A DNA stretch of 64,000 nt from the human T2T-CHM13v2.0 reference genome, Homo sapiens, in assembly GCF_009914755.1 (NCBI RefSeq), contig NC_060926.1; one strand, given 5' to 3'. A program made the translations under genes and the position numbers. The notes below the pieces were generated by a model that was not told the DNA's origin, did not search any database, and saw only the letters and a program-made list of their open reading frames with translations. Of this stretch, positions 55,827 to 64,000 are shown piece after piece. How positions within the stretch are numbered: position 1 is the stretch's first letter; every line of letters begins with the position of its first letter.

Positions 55827-57669
55827 GAAAGATATTCTTATTGCTTTTGCATTTACAAAACTTGTGACTGCTTTCTCAAGAATACAGACATAAACTCTTG
55901 CCAGACTATAAATCACAAGTAATAACAAATATAATTTTATCCTGATAGCTTCAATTGAGGCTACATTTTCCCTCCACCCTTGCCTCATCTACCTTAAAGT
56001 CCAAACAAAAAAAAGCTAACAACAAATCTGGGTGGCCTCCAATAATAAAAGATTCTTTCTCTTTGTCTATTTAAAGTGCCCTTGTTATTTAAAAAAATTA
56101 TATTCTATTAATAACAGATGCCTGGAATCTTACTTCTGTAATATACTGTAATTAACAATGCAAATGTGAAATAAAAAGTCTCAGTATTTATCAGATAGAC
56201 ATGAGCAGGTGATTATGTACTTAGAGGTATAAAATGCATAATGAAAATGCACAGTTGTGATTGTTCCAAAGGGCTTCTACTACTGAGCCAAAGATAGAGT
56301 TTTTAAAGTTAAATAGAAAGACTGCCTGCTTCTCTATTTTTTTCAGTCTATCCCTGTGCATAATATCATTTCTACTCAATTCATCCAAGCTCAGCTTAAA
56401 TAATTTCAATTTTTTATAGCATCTTGTTTAAACTCAAGGCCAACTGAGAAAAAGTGTTAAAAATTCTTTACAAATGATACATTTCTGTTTTTCCAAAATA
56501 TTCATATAACTCAGGAAAATTAGACAGACCAGTTTTATTAACCATTTTTTAAAATTCTATTTGAAAGGAACGCATTCCTGGATGAAGGGCTTGTATATCA
56601 TATTTCAGACCTAAGTAAACTTTTATAGCTGAGCTGTAAAAATAGTCATTTATTATACAAACACTGCCAAGTTTTTAACTATAGCCCTGCCAATGGGCAA
56701 CTGTAATAATCCAACAATAATCATCGTCATTTTAATAAATCATTCAAAAGAGAGGCTGCTACCCTCTCTAGCCAGGCAAAAGCACTCTCTTGTGTTCCAA
56801 CAGAGAGAACTTAAGCCGATAGACAGCCCAGTTATCAGGTGCTCTTCTTTCCCAGCACGACAGTGGCAAACTTTGAGAATAAATTCATCAGGAAGACCAC
56901 CCTGCCCTCATCCAATATCCTTTTTCTGCATCCAAGAGTACCTAAAAATGCCATTTATTAAAGGCGATTGTGTTACTCCCTAACTGGATTATCTTCTTCC
57001 TTGTCCCATAACACCATAAAGCTTTAACCCTGAAATAAGAGGTCCAGTTTAGTTTTTAATGTTGCAAAGGTACTGTGGAGAGGAAGGGAATCTCAGACCC
57101 AGCTTAACTCAAACTGGAACTGAATTCTACTCCTGGGCACTGCTGGGTTTCATATTATCCTAATGGGTTCCTGCACAAGCCAGTCTTAAAGGGGCAGAAT
57201 CTCAGGCCCATCCTGGCAGGACTTCCTTCTCCCAAGTCTCTTTGTGCTTCCACCAAATGAATGATTTTGTGAAGGAAGGGATGGAGAATGAAGACAGGCC
57301 CCACTGAAGGCCAGGAAGCCCAGTGACAACAGCCCTAAGAGGTCCTAGTGTAGCCATGTTTCTCTCCCTGCACTTCTGGCCTAGAATTGCTGAAGTGGTG
57401 AAGCAACTTGAATTCAGCCAGATGGGGAGGCATAGGGGAATCCTCTTTGGATTCATTGCCATTATGTTCATGAGTTAGAGACTCTTAAAGAAATGCCAGT
57501 CTCTACTTCCAAGAATGTACAGAATCTTGAACAAGTCTACTAGTCTAGCCATGTAGACGTTCTAATGGAAATTTTCACACACAAAAAATGTTATCAACAT
57601 ACCCATTGTTTTACATGCTATTAAAGTAACTTTAAAAGTTCTTGAAAGTAAACTTTTTTCCCTCCTTAA

Positions 57670-57985
<316 letters not shown>

Positions 57986-59530
57986 TGAAAAAATTTTTTG
58001 AGCTAGTAAATGTTCTTCAAGAAATTTATTTTAGGCATTTAAAGAAAGTTTCTCAATTATTAGAATATTAATTTATAATATTTTATTTTCTGAAATCATC
58101 ATATGTTAAACTCAAAAGAAATAACTATTTTCTTTTATTTATTGTTTGGGGGACGCTTATTCCTTACTCCTCATGTGTTCACGTAGAGGAATTTGCACAG
58201 TTAGAATTACTTTCTCAGTGTCTCTCCATCGCTTTCTCAGAGTGGTGAGTTGGAGACCAGGAATGACCCAGCACTTCCTGGTTCTCTCCTGAGAAGCTAA
58301 CTACCTGCCAAGGTGCCCACCATCCTTTTCTTCATGCCCTGGGGGGTGGCCCCAACACAGGTAGAGTCATACTCTACCTGTGAGTATGACTCTAATGCAG
58401 ACGTAAAATGTTAGCAAGCACAATCGTCCATGGACCTAAGCCTCATTCTCAAAGCTGATGCTTTGATTTCCATCCACTGACTTCTTTACAGTACCTCTTT
58501 CAACTGGTACCAAACTGGAGCAGGAACAAAAATAGGACATCATGTTTTACCTCTTCCAACTGTAACACATATCAAGTACTGTACAAGTTGTGAACTGAGA
58601 GAACCCCCACTCTGTGTCTATTTTCCAGGTAGAAACCATTTAAAAGGGATTTTTATGATATTGGAGGTTTTGCTTCCTATGCAACAAGAAATAAGTAAAA
58701 ACCCCTCTGGCAATTTACAAACACAGGCATTTTGTAGACTGAGGAAAAGTAGAGAAGAGCTATCAGACTCAAAGACTTAATAGATTTGATGACATCCTTG
58801 TAGAATTTATAAAAATGTAGAATTCATAGGAGACCTCGGCTTTGGCCCGGCTCACCCACTCACATCTTCCATTGCAGACCATGTGCACCTCCGGCCAGGT
58901 CAGGCTAACCCAGGCTCCTCGCCAGCTGTTTCCTGAGGCTGAAATCCATTTTTCTCAGATGTACAGGTTTTATTTTTTTAAAGTCTTAAATATAGGTGGT
59001 ATTCCATCTCTGGACACTTTCAGAAGCAACCAAAATCACAGAGATTCTTGAACTTCCATGTTATTTAAACATTTAATTACCACCCCAAGGCCTATGAACT
59101 CTTAGCAGGCAAATATTAACAAATGCACGCTGCTGTTCATTGGAAAGTAAAATGAGTGGAAACCCAAATTTTAGAAGAAATCATAAAATAAGAAATGCTT
59201 TCTCTTATTAGATGCAATCAAACTCTAGCCAACAAAACACAATAACATTACAAAATGGAATACTTTCAAAGACTGTAAAAGCGTTGTTGAACTTGAATCA
59301 TACTTGACACAGAGAAATGATGCAACAGAAAGAAAAAGATGAACCCTGGAAATGTCAGCATGGCAGAAAGAAATGACCATCTATAGGAGATCTGCCTTTT
59401 ATATTTCTAGTAGATATTTCTCGAAGAGCTTCTCAGAGGTCCACTTGACCTCAAGCCTTATTCTCAGAGTTTTTAGATCTTAACTTTCCTCATGTATGAT
59501 GTGGGACTTCCAAAATCTCCTAAAAACTAG

Positions 59531-59862
59531 TGCTATGATCTAAGTGTTTGTGCCCTGGTGTTAAAACTTAGACTCCAAGGTGATGGCATTAAGCAGTGCA
59601 GCCTTTGGGAGGTAAATGGGATTAGTGCCTTTATAAAATAGGCCTGGGGGAACTTGTTAGCACTATGGCCTTTTTGCTATGTGAGGACACAGCTAGAAGG
59701 TGCCATCTTTGATGCAGAGAATGAGCCCTCACTAGACACTGAATCTACTGAGGCCTTGATTTCGGACCTTCTGGCCTCTAGAACTATGAGCAATAAATGT
59801 CTGTTGTTTATAAATGACTCAGTCTAAGATATATTATTATAGCAGTACAAACGGATGAAGAC
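59531..59862 (+). mobile_element. MaLR solo LTR (MST/MLT1A-like)
   Basis: tgctatgatct...cctctagaactatgagcaataaatgtctgttgtttataa...gaagaca. Confidence 0.75.
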
Positions 59863-59992
59863 AACAGGTACTCATTCTTTTCCTCAGTCTTTAAGGGGAG
59901 CCCCAGACATGAAGAAGGCAATACAGAAACTCTCTTGGTAAGATGGTCATGCCATCACATGAATAGTGGCTTGTCCCCAAAGAGCCTCTGGA

Positions 59993-60150
59993 CAGGAATG
60001 GCTACTGGACTTGTGAGACCCAGTGCAAAATAAAAAAGCAGAACCTATTGTTCAAAAATTAAGAATTTCAAGATGGTGACAGCAGTGTATTAGCAAGCAT
60101 GGGACGCTATGAAATTTCACAGGTCAGATGCCCGTGGAGGCTAGCCCAGC
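59993..60150. mobile_element. MER45A-like MITE
   Basis: cccagtgcaaaat...ttgttcaaaaattaagaatttcaagatggtgacagcag. Confidence 0.65.
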
Positions 60151-60290
60151 CTCTGGAGACTCCAGTGGGATGAACCACCAAATGAACATTTTTTTTCTCA
60201 AGGACCCCAAAACACTTTACAAAATGTTGAGGTTGGAAAATAAGAATTCACAATCACCCATCACTCTTTCCTTTCAACACTCTTGGTACC

Positions 60291-60700
60291 TGTATTAGTC
60301 CATTTTTGCATTTCTATAAAGAAATGCCTGAGGCTGAGAAATTTATAAAGAAAATAGGTTGAATTGGCTCCTTGTTCTTCAGGCTGCATACTAAGCACAG
60401 TGCTGCCATCTGCTTCTGGTGAGGGCCTCAAGAAGCTTATGATCATGGCGAAGGTTAAGGGAAAAGAGGGAGTAAGAGAGAGGGAGGAGGAGAGAGAAGG
60501 GGAGTTCCCAGACTCTTAAACAACCAGATCTCCTGTGTACCACCAGAGCGAACACTCACTCATCACCAAGGGGATGGCGCTAAGTCGCTCATGAGCAATC
60601 TGCCACCGTAAGCTAATACCTTCCACCAGGCCCCACCTCCAACACTGAGGATCACATTTCAACATGAGATTTGGAGGGGACAAACATACAAACCATATCA
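60291..60700 (-). mobile_element. MaLR solo LTR (MSTA/MSTB-like)
   Basis: TGtattagtcc...aaaccatatCA; 5-bp TSD gtacc/gcacc. Confidence 0.88.
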
Positions 60701-61219
60701 GCACCTATAGTTCTAGAAATCAAGCATTGTCTTTAGGCTTTCACAGGTGGGCAAGCTGAAACATGTAGAGAGTGGGTAATGTCACCAAAGCCAGAGCCTT
60801 CAGCTACAGGTGGTGAAGCCCAAAAGTAGATATCACCATTCCCAGTCACCACCAAAGCTGCCTGTAACCTTGTCATTCTATTTAGTAAACACTGGCACTT
60901 ACAGAACATAAATAAATGTTCTCAGTACCAAGTCAGGCCTGCTTCATTTTTGGCACAAGTTTTTAACTAGAAACCATATCACATGGTAATAATATCAAAG
61001 GAAAACCTGGATACAGAGCTGAATGACTTCTCTCTACAAAATGGGATACATCAATGACCCTGTTAAATGCCCTGTTGTGCCCTAGACTTGACATTATCAT
61101 TGATAATAGTAAGAAAAGCCTCGTTTCTGAATGTGCCCTGTCTTATCTAGGATTTCTCTTGCAATTTCACTTTTCTTGAGGTATTTCTGTTTCTCCAACT
61201 TAGTTTTTCTTCCCATTTC

Positions 61220-61246
61220 TACACAGACAGATACAGACACACACAG

Positions 61247-61278
<32 letters not shown>
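61220..61278. repeat. (CA)n compound microsatellite
   Basis: Directly visible. Confidence 0.9.
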
Positions 61279-61280
<2 letters not shown>

Positions 61281-61576
61281 CTCTTAAAGCAGGTAGCTAA
61301 AAGCAGCATACATTATTCTGTATTTAGCCAACAGTGTTTTCCTCTTTGCAACTAGTTGTCAACCAACATGTTTATGCTACCTATAAGCCTTAAATTAAGA
61401 ATAAGAAAAACAGCAATTTAGGGGTAAGTCATTCTAACTTTGTTCATTTTGAATCTTCCTTTCCATGGCAATAAATACAGTTTTCTTGATTCAAAAGCAC
61501 TTATGAAGTCTTCTGGGTGCAGATGTATGAGGTTTAGTTGCATGAATGCACAGGTGTAAACCAAATGCTGTCTTAG

Positions 61577-61976
61577 TTTTTTTATAATTTATATAAATGT
61601 AAGGGGTACAAGTGCAGTTTAGTTACCTGGATATACTGTGTAATGGTTAAGTTTGAGCTATCAGTCAAATAATGTACATTGTACCCATTAGGTAACTTCT
61701 CATCCCTCACCCCTGTCCCCCTCTCCCACCCTTTCAAGCCTCCAATGTCTGTTATTCCACACTCAATATCCACATGTATACATTATATAACTCCCACTTA
61801 AAGAAGTGAGAATGTGTGGTATTTGACTCTCTTTTAGTTCACTTTAGATACCAGCCTCCATTTCAATCCATGTTGCTGCAAAGACGTGACTTGTTTCTTT
61901 TTATGGCCGTGTGTGTGTGTGTGTGTGTGTGTATCATATATATATATATATATACACATACCATATATACATATAC

Positions 61977-62012
<36 letters not shown>

Positions 62013-63365
62013 TTTCTTCATCCAATCATCTGTTGATGGACAGTTAGGTTGATTCCCTGTCTTTGCAATTGTGAATAGTACTGTGATAAACATACAAGGG
62101 CAGCATTTTTCTTGATACGGTGATTTCTTTTCCTTTGGGTAGATAACCAGTAGTGGGATTGCTGGATAGAATGGTAGTTCTATTTTTAGTTCTTTGAGAA
62201 ATCTCTAGATTTTTTTCATAGCAGTTGTACTAATTTACACTCCCCCCAACAGTGTATAAGTGTTCCCTTTTCTCCACATCTTCACTGACATCTGTTATTT
62301 TTTGACTTTTTAATAATAGCCATTCTGATTGGTGTGAGCTATCTCATTGTGATTTTAATTTGCATTTCTCTGATGATTAGTGATTTTGAACATTTTTTTC
62401 CATAGGCTTTTTGACCATCTGTATGTCTCCATTTAAAAAATGGTGTATTCATGTCCTTTGCACACTGTTTAATGGGGTTATTTGTGCTTTTGTTGTTGTA
62501 ATTGAGTTATTTGAGCTCCTTGTAAATTCTGGGTATTAGTGGCCTGTTGTATGCATAGTTTTAAAATATTTTCTCTCATTTTGTGGGTTATCTGTTCACT
62601 CTGTTGATTATTTCTTTTGCTATGCAGAAGCTTTTTAGTTTAATAAGTCCTATTTGTCTATTTTTGTTTTTGTTGCTTGTGCTTTTGAGGGCTTAGTTAC
62701 GAATTCTTTGATGAGACCAATGTTCAGAAGAGTTTTCCCTAAGTTTTCTTCTAGTATTTTTATAGTTTCAGGTCTCACGTTTAAGTCTTTAATCCACCTT
62801 GAGTTGACTTTTGCATATGGTGAAAGTTAAGGGTCTAGTTTTATTCTGCATATGGCAATCCAATTTCCCAGTACCGTTTATTGAAAAGGGTGTCCTTTCC
62901 TCAGTGTACATTTTTGTCAACTTTATCAGAGATCAGTTGGCAGTAGATATGTGGTTTATTTCTGAGTTATTATGTTCTATTGATCTATGTGTCTATTTTT
63001 ATACCAGCATCATGCTGTTTTGGTTACTATAGCCTTGTAGTATAATTTTAGGTAACGTAATATGATGCTGTCAGCTTTGTTCTTTTTGCTGAGTATTGCT
63101 TGGGCTACTTAGGCTCTTTTTTGGTTCCATATGAATTTTAGTAATTTTTTCTATTTCTGCAAAAAATAACATCCATATTTTGATAGGGATTACGTTGAAT
63201 ATATAAGTTGTTTGTGCAGTATGATCATTTTAATATTATTAATTCTTCTAACTCATGAGCATGGGATGTTTTTCTTCGTGTGTGCGTCATTTCTTTCTTC
63301 AGTATTTTGTAGTTTTCCTTGTAGATATCTTTTACCTCTTTGGTTAAATGCAGTCTTAGGTATTT
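61577..63365 (-). mobile_element. 5'-truncated L1 (L1MA/L1PB-age), 3' ~1.8 kb
   Basis: Antisense 3'UTR and ORF2 C-terminal sequence (ORF track MFITVLFTIAK...); decayed. Confidence 0.9.
61909..62010. repeat. (TG)n-(TA)n-(CA)n compound microsatellite within the L1
   Basis: Directly visible. Confidence 0.92.
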
Positions 63366-64000
63366 TATTTTATTTATATATTTTGCATTTCCACAGAATT
63401 TTCATTATTATATTATTTTCTCTGAGAATAATTAATCTATTAATTATATTAATCTCTCTGTTATTATATATATTTGAAGTTTTTCATAATAAAAATTAGA
63501 TTTACAAAAGGAATAAAGCTGACAAAATGAAGTTCATCAATGCTGCTATTCCCAGTTGGCAATATCTGGTCAAGGAAACAGGATGGCTGAATAAAGCCTG
63601 TGGCCCACCAGGTAGCTCAGAGCTCCTGCATGTCTTCTTGTTTTCTGTGACAGTGTAACAGCAGCACACTGTCACAGATGCAGGTGATCCACCCTTTCCT
63701 GCCAGACCACATTTTCTCTTCTCACAGACCATCATTCACAAGGCAAGAAGAATTTTACTTCACTTTACTCATCATTGACAAAGGCTGCCCTAAGACCATC
63801 TTCCAGGTTCAGGTCTAAATTAAATGAAAAAATGACAGAAGGAAGAAGGAAACTACCATTTCTTGAAGCTTCATGACTACCCATGCACAAAGTGAGGTAC
63901 CTGGGCCATCATATTGATTATGTTCGCATTTTACCCTGAAATGGATGTTTAAGATATACATCACATACTTGGGGGCAGGCATATATCTGGGGCTTGGAGC

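Overview
Primate (human/hominoid-type) non-coding genomic DNA rich in interspersed repeats. I see no recognisable host protein-coding exon, tRNA/rRNA or CRISPR array. Two large elements dominate. (1) A near-full-length, inactivated L1PA3/L1PA2-type LINE-1 (1091-7135, +) inserted into an older L1M. It has an open antisense ORF0, a 38-bp tandem duplication in ORF2, and an internal ~0.5 kb patch resembling an older L1PA subfamily. (2) A deleted-type HERV-H provirus (38648-44263, +; LTR7 LTRs, His-tRNA PBS). The most unusual structure surrounds the provirus. Its 3' LTR breaks off just after the poly(A) signal at a GCT microhomology and runs into a second copy of the 757 bp of host DNA immediately upstream of the 5' LTR. 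The provirus is therefore bracketed by ~760-bp direct repeats instead of a 5-bp target-site duplication. By manual count the repeats differ at 4 substitutions + 2 indels, while the LTRs differ at ~22/406. Smaller oddities include a 32-bp locally templated insertion, three phased TGACGTG motifs and two overlapping, mutually exclusive hairpins. Repeat-family names come from my recall of consensus sequences, not from a database search, and boundaries of old repeats are approximate.
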